A stretch of DNA of 33,954 bases from a virus (IMGVR_UViG_3300042296_001618:1-33954), one strand, 5' to 3'; positions 9,713 through 18,662 are shown, counted from the first letter of the stretch. Translations and numbers: made by a program. Notes: generated by a model from the letters alone, not told the origin.

Positions 9713-9983
9713 ATATTGGAACTGTATTCCAGTTTTCAAGACCTATTCAAACGGCAGAAAGTCGATCAGCTTAATCGACGCTAAGGACGGATCTCCAGTT
9801 GCAAATGCAACTCTTAATCTTCCCAGCATTGAACTTGAATTGGATGAAGTTATAGTAAAGAACTATTCCGAAAACGAAGGCATTCGTCCAGCCCTGATTG
9901 AAGCCGGAATAATTGGTCCCAGCTTACGTACCGTTTCTACGGGTTACGTGACTGCTACTGTGCATAAAATAATCACTAAATAA
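9693..9983 (+). CDS. Hypothetical protein (DUF4313-like)
   Basis: 96 aa; Y.NG...I.L....G.P.A..T.NL...KNYSENEG...L..AGII...TGY pattern recalled from conserved phage proteins. Confidence 0.55.
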   Translation: MNQIKFKYWNCIPVFKTYSNGRKSISLIDAKDGSPVANATLNLPSIELELDEVIVKNYSENEGIRPALIEAGIIGPSLRTVSTGYVTATVHKIITK

Positions 9984-10273
9984 TGAGAGCAAGAGAAAAA
10001 AAATTGCTTGAAGCCTGGAGATCCTGTATGACTGATCTCTACGCTCAGTCCACCCCTTCAGCTGACTTTGATCAGCTTTTAGAATCTGCACCTCTTAATC
10101 CAGAAGGTCAAAAAGTAATCGACTATGATTCCTATGAAATTGATCATGAACTTTTAACCGAGATTGTCGAGGGTTATGTTAAGAAGCTTAAAATGAATAA
10201 GTATGAGCAGACCGGATTCTACATGAATACTTATTTAGGAGCCAGTCCTCGATCTAAAAGAAAACAGGATTAA
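9983..10273 (+). CDS. Hypothetical protein
   Basis: 96-aa ORF, coupled to the previous gene (TAATG overlap). Confidence 0.6.
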   Translation: MRAREKKLLEAWRSCMTDLYAQSTPSADFDQLLESAPLNPEGQKVIDYDSYEIDHELLTEIVEGYVKKLKMNKYEQTGFYMNTYLGASPRSKRKQD

Positions 10274-10299
10274 AACCATTTCTCCTATTTTTATATAAT
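10272..10299 (+). promoter_or_regulatory. Putative middle-class promoter AAAAC-N16-ATATAAT
   Basis: Upstream of the GTG at 10323. Confidence 0.55.
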
Positions 10300-10322
10300 A
10301 ATTAATAAAAAGTAAAATAATT

Positions 10323-11246
10323 GTGAAAAAAAGAAAAAGTATCGGAGTTATCGGACAGGGATTTGTCGGAACTGCAGTAAGAGAAAAAATGAAAGAGGAA
10401 TTTTTAGTTCGAGCATACGATAAATTTAATCCTGAAAATTCGGTCGATCATACTGAATCTGAGATCTATTCAGAAGTTAAAAATTCAATCGATACTCTAG
10501 TAGAGAATTGCGATATCATCTTCGTCTGCGTGCCAACACCAATGTTTCCAGATGGAGAATGCGATACTTCGATCGTAGAATCTGTGATTCAGGATCTTGC
10601 TCAGAGTTGTGATTCTCTTGATCGTTCAGTGATTGCAGTTTTAAAATCTACAGTTCCTCCTGGAACCACTAAAAGATTAAACCTGATTTCTAAATTAGTA
10701 GGAGTAGTGTTTAGTCCTGAATTTTTAACTGAAGCAAATTCAGTTCAAGATTTTAAAAATCAAACCCGAATCATTGTTGGTTCAGATTGGGCAGAGTATG
10801 TTAATCCTGTTCTAGAAATATTTAGTAAAAGCTTTCCAAAAGCTGACTTGATTTCCTTAAATACTCAAGATGCTGAAATGGTAAAATATATGACCAATCT
10901 CTATCTTGCTACCAAAGTAAGTTTTTTCAATGATATGTTTAGAATATGTCAAACCGTAGGAGCTGATTATGCAAGCGTGATCGAAACCACTCTTCTTGAT
11001 CCTAGAATCGGCAAGTCTCATTATATGGTACCCGGACCGGATGGAGATTATGGATTTGGAGGATCTTGTTTTCCAAAGGATCTTTCAGCAATGCTCCATC
11101 TTGCAGATCAATCTAGAATCCCAGTTCCTACCTTGATGGGAGTTCATACTACTAATCTGATTGTACGACAGAATCGAGACTGGGAACAGATGGAAGGCCG
11201 GGCTGTTTCTAATCGACAAGAATCGATAACCATAGAAAATCAATAA
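10323..11246 (+). CDS. ugd: UDP-glucose/GDP-mannose dehydrogenase family protein (short form)
   Basis: GQGFVG Rossmann motif, FVCVPTP, KSTVPPGT, SPEFL, catalytic K in EMVKY and C in FGGSCFPKD. At 307 aa it lacks the usual C-terminal domain. Confidence 0.9.
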   Translation: MKKRKSIGVIGQGFVGTAVREKMKEEFLVRAYDKFNPENSVDHTESEIYSEVKNSIDTLVENCDIIFVCVPTPMFPDGECDTSIVESVIQDLAQSCDSLDRSVIAVLKSTVPPGTTKRLNLISKLVGVVFSPEFLTEANSVQDFKNQTRIIVGSDWAEYVNPVLEIFSKSFPKADLISLNTQDAEMVKYMTNLYLATKVSFFNDMFRICQTVGADYASVIETTLLDPRIGKSHYMVPGPDGDYGFGGSCFPKDLSAMLHLADQSRIPVPTLMGVHTTNLIVRQNRDWEQMEGRAVSNRQESITIENQ

Positions 11247-11248
11247 AA

Positions 11249-11977
11249 ATGTATACACCAGATCAATTAACAAAGATCGTATTTTTCGATCTAGAAACCG
11301 CTCCAGGTTTCGAATCTCTAGACAAATTAGAGGATAGAAATCCTAAAATGGCAGAATTATGGTCTAAAAGATGCGAATACTTAAGATCTAAATTTGAAGA
11401 GAATCGTGATAAGACCGACGAGCTGCTCTATCTTGAAAAAGCCGCCTTACATGCTGAATTTAACAGAATAGTATGCGCTTCATTTGGGCGTATCACTTTT
11501 CAAAACGATCAGCCTAATATGATAGTTAAGAGCTATTGTAGTTCAGACGAATCTGAAGTTATCGAAGGTTTAACTAAAGTATTTAATAATTTTAGTAAAT
11601 TAAAATTTTGCGGCCATAACATCAAGAGGTTTGATGTTCCAGTAGCATGCAAAAGAATTATCATTAACGGGCATGAATTGCCGAAAGGTTTACAAATTTC
11701 TGAATTAAAACCTTGGGAAATGCCATTTATCGATACTTCTGAAGTTTGGAGCTTTGGAGCCTGGCAGGAAGGTTTCACTTCTTTAGAACTATTTGCAACC
11801 TGCTTAGGCATTGATACCCCAAAGGATGATATCAGAGGGGAACAAGTCGGAGAAGTTTTTTGGCAAGGAGATCTAGACCGAATTTCAAATTATTGCGAAA
11901 AAGACGTATTTGCAACTGGACAGATCTTATTAAAACTTTCAGGTCTTGACTTAATGTCGGATTATCAGCAGCAATGA
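11249..11977 (+). CDS. Stand-alone DEDDy 3'-5' exonuclease related to the PolB proofreading domain
   Basis: FFDLET (ExoI), GHNIKRFD (ExoII), YCEKDV (ExoIII); AALHAEF..IVC segment as in Bacteroidota homologs. Confidence 0.85.
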   Translation: MYTPDQLTKIVFFDLETAPGFESLDKLEDRNPKMAELWSKRCEYLRSKFEENRDKTDELLYLEKAALHAEFNRIVCASFGRITFQNDQPNMIVKSYCSSDESEVIEGLTKVFNNFSKLKFCGHNIKRFDVPVACKRIIINGHELPKGLQISELKPWEMPFIDTSEVWSFGAWQEGFTSLELFATCLGIDTPKDDIRGEQVGEVFWQGDLDRISNYCEKDVFATGQILLKLSGLDLMSDYQQQ

Positions 11978-12723
11978 TTGAAAAACTAGAATATTTTAAG
12001 GATCCTAATTTTATATTTGATCCTGAAGCTCATTCCTATACCTACGTCAACGAGCTAACAAAAAAACCGATTCAGATTTTTGAATCGGTTTCTGGATTTA
12101 TTGATCAATTTAAGCCTCCGTTTCCAGCGGATGTTCATAAATATGTCGCTAAGTCCAGAGGTGTAGATCCTTCTGTCATTTTAAATGAGTGGAAAATAGC
12201 AGGAGACGATGGAAAGAGAATAGGAAGCATCGTTCATGATTGGATCGAAGATTTTTATAAAGGGAAGGATCCAGCTCTTCCTGATGATAAGGGAGCAATA
12301 TTAAGGATCAAACAGTTTAAAAAGATATACGCTGAGAAGCTTTTTAAATTTAAATCAATTCGTCAGGAATTAAGAATGTTTTCTAGAAAATGGGGAATTG
12401 CGGGTACTTTAGACAATCTACTTGAATTAAATGGTAGATATTATGTTGGAGATTATAAAACTAATAAGGATTTTAAAGACGAAGATCACCCAAAGGGAAA
12501 AAATCGCAAGCTACTTCATCCATTTGAAAATCTTTGGCAAAATGATATAACTGGTTATTCTCTGCAAGTTAGTACTTATCGTCTAATGCTAGAAGAAGTA
12601 GGCTTTAAAACTCACGGGGCATTTTTAATATCAATAGGTCCCGATTCTGCCAAAATCTATAAAGCATTAGATCTGACTCAAGAATTAAGATTTCATTTAA
12701 ATGAGAATAATTACACCTTTTAA
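11974..12723 (+). CDS. PD-(D/E)XK nuclease superfamily exonuclease
   Basis: GSIVHDWIE, GIAGTLD, VGDYKT, YSLQVSTY. Confidence 0.8.
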   Translation: MIEKLEYFKDPNFIFDPEAHSYTYVNELTKKPIQIFESVSGFIDQFKPPFPADVHKYVAKSRGVDPSVILNEWKIAGDDGKRIGSIVHDWIEDFYKGKDPALPDDKGAILRIKQFKKIYAEKLFKFKSIRQELRMFSRKWGIAGTLDNLLELNGRYYVGDYKTNKDFKDEDHPKGKNRKLLHPFENLWQNDITGYSLQVSTYRLMLEEVGFKTHGAFLISIGPDSAKIYKALDLTQELRFHLNENNYTF

Positions 12724-12748
12724 AACTTAAATCAGATTCACGGTATAA
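12722..12748 (+). promoter_or_regulatory. Putative middle-class promoter AAAAC-N16-GTATAA (groEL)
   Basis: AAAAC ttaaatcagattcacg GTATAA, 18 nt upstream of the ATG. Confidence 0.65.
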
Positions 12749-12766
12749 AATAGAAAAAATTTATAT

Positions 12767-14386
12767 ATGAATCCTAGACAAATAACTTTTAGTTCAAAAT
12801 CAAGAGAAAAATTAAAAAAAGGAGTAGATCAATTAGCTGATTCAGTTAAGGTTACTCTTGGGCCTAAAGGTAGAAATGTAGTATTAGGCCGAAAGAATCA
12901 ATATGCCATCACTAAAGATGGGGTTAGTGTTGCTCGAGAAGTATTTCTAGACGATCCAATCGAAAACCTAGGAGCCCAGATGGTAAAACAGGTTGCTTCT
13001 AATGTAGCGATGTCCGCGGGTGATGGAACTACTACCGCAACAGTATTGGCTCAATCTATATTGACCAGAGGGATCAAGATGATTGAAGCTGGATTTGATC
13101 CAATGGAATTAAAGTCCGGAATCGATAAAACAATAGAGGTGATCAAGGAATACCTTAATTCTATTAGTCTTAAAGTTGAAGGCGTAGAACAAATCGAACA
13201 GATTGCTACCATTTCAGCCAACGGAGATACTAACATCGGTAAAATTATTGCAAATGCAATGTCAGAGGTTGGATTTGACGGCGTTATTACTATTGATGAT
13301 AGTAAAACTCACGAAACCTATTTGCAGACCGTAAAAGGAATGCAATTTAATTCTGGATACCTTTCTCCCTACTTCATCAACAGCCTTTCTAAGATGGAAG
13401 CTCAATTAGAAGACGTTCTTATTTTTATATACGACGGTAAAATCAAAGGATTGAAAGGTCTAATTAACGTACTCGACTATACATCTGCTCAAAAGAGACC
13501 TCTTTTAATTATCTCAAATAGTATCGAAGGAGACGCTCTTCAAGCGTTAATCATTAATAAGAGTAATGGTATCATTGACGTCTCAGCTGTTAATTCGCCC
13601 GGACATGGTCAATTAAGATCTGAGCAATTAAAGGACATCGCAACTGTAGTTGGAGCAACCATACTTTCAGAAATAGAAGGACAAGACATCTCAAACCTTA
13701 ATCCTCAATCTATTCCAGCTATCTTAGGATCAGCTGAACGGGTTGTGATTACGGAATCAGACACTACAATTATCAATGGAAATGGATCTAAAGACGCAGT
13801 CGAAGATCGAGTTTCAGATCTTAAACTACAGATTGAAAATTTAGAAAATGAATCTGAAAAATTAATTGCTAAAGAACGCCTTTCTAAATTAGACGGTGGA
13901 GTTGCAATCATCAGAATTGGAGCTTATACTGAAGTTGAATTAAAAGAAAAGAAAGACCGCGTTGAAGACGCCTTAGCTGCTACTAAAGCTGCAGTAGAAG
14001 AAGGAATTCTTCCAGGCGGTGGAATTGCTCTCTTTAGAGCCTCGAATTCAGAATATGTTCAACTTGAGCTTTCTAAACTGGAATTAAAAGAAGGAGAAAA
14101 AATAGGATCAGAAATCTTATTAGGGGCTTGCCAATCTCCTTTCATCACAATATTAACTAACGCAGGATTAAATCATGAAGTTATTTCTAGAGATCTAATG
14201 GAATCTGAATATTCGTTTGGATATGATTCTAGAGAAAATAGATTTATAGACATGATTGAAGCTGGAATCATAGATCCTGCTAAAGTTACTCGAACTGCTA
14301 TCGAAAATGCATCATCAATATCAGGTTTAATGATAACGACCGAATGCGTTTTGATAGAAAAGTCAGATTCTAAATCTGATCAGTAA
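12767..14386 (+). CDS. groEL: Chaperonin GroEL
   Basis: VKVTLGPKGRNV, ITKDGVSVA, AGDGTTTATVLA, GYLSPYF, RVEDAL, GIIDPAKV; no GGM tail. Confidence 0.97.
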   Translation: MNPRQITFSSKSREKLKKGVDQLADSVKVTLGPKGRNVVLGRKNQYAITKDGVSVAREVFLDDPIENLGAQMVKQVASNVAMSAGDGTTTATVLAQSILTRGIKMIEAGFDPMELKSGIDKTIEVIKEYLNSISLKVEGVEQIEQIATISANGDTNIGKIIANAMSEVGFDGVITIDDSKTHETYLQTVKGMQFNSGYLSPYFINSLSKMEAQLEDVLIFIYDGKIKGLKGLINVLDYTSAQKRPLLIISNSIEGDALQALIINKSNGIIDVSAVNSPGHGQLRSEQLKDIATVVGATILSEIEGQDISNLNPQSIPAILGSAERVVITESDTTIINGNGSKDAVEDRVSDLKLQIENLENESEKLIAKERLSKLDGGVAIIRIGAYTEVELKEKKDRVEDALAATKAAVEEGILPGGGIALFRASNSEYVQLELSKLELKEGEKIGSEILLGACQSPFITILTNAGLNHEVISRDLMESEYSFGYDSRENRFIDMIEAGIIDPAKVTRTAIENASSISGLMITTECVLIEKSDSKSDQ

Positions 14387-14410
14387 TTCTCTAAGTTATA
14401 TTTTTTTGAG

Positions 14411-14441
14411 AAAGAGTCTAATTTAATTAGGCTCTTTTTTT
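14411..14441 (+). terminator. Intrinsic terminator after groEL
   Basis: AAAGAGTCTAAT-tta-ATTAGGCTCTTT followed by a T run. Confidence 0.8.
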
Positions 14442-14451
14442 GTTAAAAATA

Positions 14452-14478
14452 AAAACCTAATTTAAAATCAAAGTATAA
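14452..14478 (+). promoter_or_regulatory. Putative middle-class promoter AAAAC-N16-GTATAA (S1-like gene)
   Basis: AAAAC ctaatttaaaatcaaa GTATAA, directly after the terminator. Confidence 0.65.
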
Positions 14479-14497
14479 ATCTATATAAATATAAAAT

Positions 14498-15682
14498 ATG
14501 AAAGAATTTATTGCTGATGCTGCCAACGCTGACGTCTTTGAAACCGCAGGTAAATACAATAATCAAATTAAATTAAGTGAACACGATAAAAAATCTGGAG
14601 TAAAGATTTATTGCATGGAGCCTTACGCTCAAGAGATGTATGACCGTTTATCTGCTTACGAAAAAGGAACAGGAAGAGATATAAGCCAGAATAAAGATCT
14701 TTCAGTAGATACAATATACGAAGTTTTTCCTACTAAAATTGATTTTGAAAACAAATACATTTTAGCTGAAGAAGTAAATTCTAAAATAGAAATAGTTGTT
14801 CCATTTAAAGAATTTTCTAGATCTATTGATGATCTTGTTAATAGATCTTTGGATAGATTTATAGTGATGCTTTACAAATCCGATGCCAGTGGAGAATTTT
14901 TAGCCTCTGAAAAGAAATGTACAGCAATCAACTACAGAAATGAACTTAATGAACATTATTCTAGTAATACATGGTTCCCAGTTCAAATTAAAAAATTGAT
15001 CAAAGGAGGATACTTAGCTCTTTATAAAGATACGATCGAATGCTTTATTCCAGGTTCGCATGCAGCAGCTAACGTTATTTCTAATTTCTCAGATCTTTTA
15101 AATACCACTATCAATGTGATGGTAGATAATTACGATTCAACCAACGATCTTTTTATTCTATCGTATAAGAAATACATCAAGCAATCAATGCCTGCTATGG
15201 TTACTGAATTAAAATTTGGTGAAAGATATACAGGTACTCTTACCACTAAACCTTATGATTTTGGAATATTTGTAGAGTTCAACAATTATTATACGGGATT
15301 GATCCATGCTTCTGAATTTAAAGATTACAATTCAATTAAATCAAGCTTTAAAGCTGGAGATAAAATAGACTTCTATGTTAAGAATGTAACAAGTAAAGGA
15401 AAAGAATATCGAATTGTTTTAACCTTAAATCCTGACGAAATAGATCCTGAAAAATTAGAATGGGACAGACTTAGAGCAAAAACTGAAAATCAAAGTTTTG
15501 AATACGAAGTAGACTCTAAAAATAATTCTATTAAAATTTATATTGATGGATCTTTTTATGAAGTTACTTTAAAAAGAAAAGATTTAGAAGCAAATATCAA
15601 TAAATACCCTAAAGTTAGAGTCTCTAAGGTAGACCCAATTAACAAAAAATTGAAGTTTGAATTTATAGAATCTCAATCCTAA
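14498..15682 (+). CDS. Ribosomal protein bS1-like multi-S1-domain protein
   Basis: Two clear S1 repeats (IKKLIKGGYL...ECFIPGSH...FILSYKK; GERYTG...YDFGIFVEF...TGLIHASEF...GDKIDFYV) with degenerate repeats on either side; 394 aa. Confidence 0.8.
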   Translation: MKEFIADAANADVFETAGKYNNQIKLSEHDKKSGVKIYCMEPYAQEMYDRLSAYEKGTGRDISQNKDLSVDTIYEVFPTKIDFENKYILAEEVNSKIEIVVPFKEFSRSIDDLVNRSLDRFIVMLYKSDASGEFLASEKKCTAINYRNELNEHYSSNTWFPVQIKKLIKGGYLALYKDTIECFIPGSHAAANVISNFSDLLNTTINVMVDNYDSTNDLFILSYKKYIKQSMPAMVTELKFGERYTGTLTTKPYDFGIFVEFNNYYTGLIHASEFKDYNSIKSSFKAGDKIDFYVKNVTSKGKEYRIVLTLNPDEIDPEKLEWDRLRAKTENQSFEYEVDSKNNSIKIYIDGSFYEVTLKRKDLEANINKYPKVRVSKVDPINKKLKFEFIESQS

Positions 15683-15695
15683 TTTCTGAACCTCA

Positions 15696-15703
15696 TATAA
15701 ATA
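15696..15703 (+). promoter_or_regulatory. TATAAATA late-type promoter candidate upstream of nrdB
   Basis: Exact T4 late consensus; overlaps a weak TGAAC-N16-ATATGAT middle-type match. Confidence 0.35.
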
Positions 15704-15709
15704 AATTAT

Positions 15710-15763
15710 ATGATGATCGTCGACTTAAATAGTTCTCAAATGATAAACCGCCTCTTAACTTAA
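15710..15763 (+). other. Candidate 17-aa leader ORF MMIVDLNSSQMINRLLT
   Basis: Open from the ATG at 15710 to the TAA at 15761-15763, which ends inside the hairpin; translation is unproven. Confidence 0.25.
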
Positions 15764-15774
15764 GGCGGTTTTTT
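15745..15774 (+). terminator. Terminator or attenuator hairpin immediately upstream of nrdB
   Basis: AAACCGCCT-cttaactta-AGGCGGTTT plus TTT, ending 21 nt before the nrdB ATG. Confidence 0.75.
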
Positions 15775-15795
15775 AAACCAAAAAATTAAAGATTT

Positions 15796-16791
15796 ATGCC
15801 AAATTTATTTGAAAATAGGATTTCCTATAAACCGTTTGAGTACCCCGAATATGATTTAGAAGGTTGGATGCCTCAGTCCCAAGCCCATTGGCTTCATACT
15901 GAAATTTCAATGCAGGGAGATATTAAAGATTGGAATGAAAACCTTTCTGAATCTGAAAAAAATCTAGTAGGAAATATTCTTTTAGGTTTTGCTCAAACTG
16001 AGTGCGCAGTTTCTGATTACTGGACTACTCAAGTTACGAAGTGGTTTCCTAAACATGAAATTAAAGAGATGGCAATGGCTTTTGGATATTTTGAAACGAT
16101 ACATGCTAGAGCATATTCGTATTTAAATGAAACTCTAGGCCTTGAAAACTTTGAAGCATTTTTACATGAGCCTACTACCTCAGCTAAATTTGAATTTTTA
16201 ACTCAAACCAAGGGAGAATATTCATATACTGATCTCTCAGAATCAGCTGCAGCAAGATCTGAAGTTGCTAGATCTCTAGCCATATTTTCAGCTTTTGCTG
16301 AAGGAGTATCTCTCTATAGTTCCTTTGCTGTTCTATATTCATTCCAATTAAGAAACCTTCTTAAAGGAATAGGTCAACAGATGAAATGGTCAGTTCGAGA
16401 TGAATCCTTACATTCTAGAATGGGATGTTCTCTATTCAGACATATGTGCATAGAGTATCCTGAATTAAAGGATCAGGTGCAATCCCAAGTTGAAGACGCT
16501 GCTCGACTTATGGTTCAGATGGAACTAAATTTTATCGATAAGATGTTTGAAATGGGAGATCTTGAAAATCTTAAAAGAGATGATCTGAAGAATTTCATAC
16601 TTAGACGAGCAAATGAAAAACTAGATGAATTAGGATACTCTTCAATTTTTGAATACGATGTAGAATCCGCAAATGAGCTAGATTGGTTTTATCATCTTAC
16701 AGGCGGCGTAACTCACACGGATTTCTTTGCTATCCGTCCGACTGATTACGCTAAAGCAGGAGAAGGTGATGACTGGGACGATATATTTTAA
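15796..16791 (+). CDS. nrdB: Class I ribonucleotide reductase beta subunit
   Basis: YKPFEYP, FAQTE, ETIHARAY, AEGVSLYSSF, RDESLH, HTDFFA.RPTDY. Confidence 0.95.
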   Translation: MPNLFENRISYKPFEYPEYDLEGWMPQSQAHWLHTEISMQGDIKDWNENLSESEKNLVGNILLGFAQTECAVSDYWTTQVTKWFPKHEIKEMAMAFGYFETIHARAYSYLNETLGLENFEAFLHEPTTSAKFEFLTQTKGEYSYTDLSESAAARSEVARSLAIFSAFAEGVSLYSSFAVLYSFQLRNLLKGIGQQMKWSVRDESLHSRMGCSLFRHMCIEYPELKDQVQSQVEDAARLMVQMELNFIDKMFEMGDLENLKRDDLKNFILRRANEKLDELGYSSIFEYDVESANELDWFYHLTGGVTHTDFFAIRPTDYAKAGEGDDWDDIF

Positions 16792-16808
16792 ATCATAAAA
16801 TAATAAAA

Positions 16809-18641
16809 ATGGAAGATCAAGAACAAGGAATGCTCAGAGAGAGCAATATTAAAGAAATTAAAAAAACACTAGATCAATTAGGTTGGAAATCAGGAGTAGA
16901 TCTTCCTGAATGGGGATGCACTGAAGTGTATATTAAAACTATAAGTAAAGGCTACTTACTCCAAGGGGAAACTCCAAAAGATGCATATTGGAGAGTTAGC
17001 ACCACCGTTGCTCGTCGATTGAGGAGACCTGATCTAGCTTCTAAGTTCTTTGATTATATTTGGAGAGGCTGGCTATGTTTAGCTACTCCAGTTTTATCTA
17101 ATACTGGAACCGAAAGAGGGTTGCCGATTAGCTGTTTTGGAATAGACGTTGCTGACTCAATTGCAGATATTGGTAGTAAAAATCTAGAAATGATGCTTCT
17201 AGCTAAGCATGGAGGTGGAGTAGGAATCTGTATAAATCAGATTCGTCCAGCCGGCTCACCTATCACAGGAAATGGAACTTCAGACGGCGTTGTCCCATTT
17301 ATTAAAATGTATGATTCAACAATTCTTGCTACAAATCAAGGATCAGTAAGAAGAGGAGCAGCTAGCGTAAATATAAATATTGAACATTCTGATTTTTGGG
17401 AATGGCTTGAAATCAGAGAACCTAAAGGAGACATTAATCGTCAGTGTCTTAATATGCACCAATGTGTTATTGTCTCAGATAAATTCATGAGAAGATTGGA
17501 ACAAGGAGATGACGATGCTAGACAAAGATGGTCAGCTCTTTTGAAAAAGCGTAGACAGACTGGCGAACCATATATCATGTACAAAGGCAATGTTAATAAG
17601 CAGAATCCTGACGCCTATAAACAAAACGGATTAAAGGTATATATGACTAACATTTGTAGTGAAATAACTCTACATACTGACGAATCTCATTCATTTGTTT
17701 GCTGCCTTTCTTCTTTAAATCTAGCTAAGTATGATGAGTGGAAAGACACTGATCTTATTTACACTGCTACCCTGTTTCTAGACGGGGTATTAGAGGAATT
17801 TATTCAAAAAGCAAAAGGAATGAGAGGCTTTGAAAATTCAGTAAGATCAGCCGAAAAAGGCAGAGCATTAGGTTTAGGAGTTTTAGGTTGGCACACGTAT
17901 TTACAGGAAAGAGGAATTCCATTTGAAGGTCTTTTTGCTCAATATGAAACTCGAAAAATATTTTCTCAAATGAAAGTAGAATCTGAAAGAGCTTCTAGAG
18001 ACCTTGCTGAACAGTTTGGAGAGCCACTCTGGTGTTCCGGAACTGGAATGAGAAACACTCACCTTAGAGCGATAGCCCCAACTGTTTCAAATTCTAAATT
18101 AGCCGGAAACGTGTCAGCCGGTATTGAACCTTGGCCTTCAAATGTTTGGACCGAACAGTCAGCTAAAGGAACTTTTATTAGAACTAACCCAACTCTTGAA
18201 AAATATCTTAAGAAAATTAAGAAAAACACTAAAGAAGTCTGGGATAAAATCTTAGCAGACGGTGGATCAGTGCAAGATCTAGATTTTCTAGATGAATGGT
18301 GGTTCCTTAACGGTGCTCTAATTGGAATAGAAAAATGGAATGAGTTTACCGACTACCAAAAGGAAGAATGCGTAGGGTTTAAAGAAATATTTAAAACCTT
18401 TAAAGAACTAAATCAGCTAGACCTGATTAAACAGGCTGGAATCAGACAACAATATATAGATCAATCGGTATCCCTTAATCTTGCATTTCCAAAAGAGGCT
18501 TCTCCAAAATGGATCAATCAAGTTCATCTTGAGGCTTGGAAACTAGGAATCAAAACCCTATACTATATGAGAACTGAATCGGTTCTTAGAGGAGATATTG
18601 CTAAAGCTGCAATGGTAGATTGCGTTTCATGTGACGGATAA
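16809..18641 (+). CDS. nrdA: Class I ribonucleotide reductase alpha subunit (no ATP cone)
   Basis: ATPVLSN, PISCF, TNICSEI (NxCxE), VCCLSS, IAPT, KTLYY, C-terminal CVSCDG. Confidence 0.96.
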   Translation: MEDQEQGMLRESNIKEIKKTLDQLGWKSGVDLPEWGCTEVYIKTISKGYLLQGETPKDAYWRVSTTVARRLRRPDLASKFFDYIWRGWLCLATPVLSNTGTERGLPISCFGIDVADSIADIGSKNLEMMLLAKHGGGVGICINQIRPAGSPITGNGTSDGVVPFIKMYDSTILATNQGSVRRGAASVNINIEHSDFWEWLEIREPKGDINRQCLNMHQCVIVSDKFMRRLEQGDDDARQRWSALLKKRRQTGEPYIMYKGNVNKQNPDAYKQNGLKVYMTNICSEITLHTDESHSFVCCLSSLNLAKYDEWKDTDLIYTATLFLDGVLEEFIQKAKGMRGFENSVRSAEKGRALGLGVLGWHTYLQERGIPFEGLFAQYETRKIFSQMKVESERASRDLAEQFGEPLWCSGTGMRNTHLRAIAPTVSNSKLAGNVSAGIEPWPSNVWTEQSAKGTFIRTNPTLEKYLKKIKKNTKEVWDKILADGGSVQDLDFLDEWWFLNGALIGIEKWNEFTDYQKEECVGFKEIFKTFKELNQLDLIKQAGIRQQYIDQSVSLNLAFPKEASPKWINQVHLEAWKLGIKTLYYMRTESVLRGDIAKAAMVDCVSCDG

Positions 18642-18662
18642 TATCTGACTAAAATATAAATC

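Noticed and set aside
14484-14491. TATAAATA upstream of the S1-like gene as a late promoter
   Set aside because: Only 6 nt from the ATG and inside an AT-only leader already served by a middle-class motif; probably chance, though a leaderless transcript is not excluded.
12767-18641. Bacterial chromosome origin suggested by groEL, the S1-like gene and nrdAB
   Set aside because: These genes are interleaved with gp55, gp32, sheath, UvsX and gp41 homologs, share phage promoter motifs, and groES is not in an operon with groEL.
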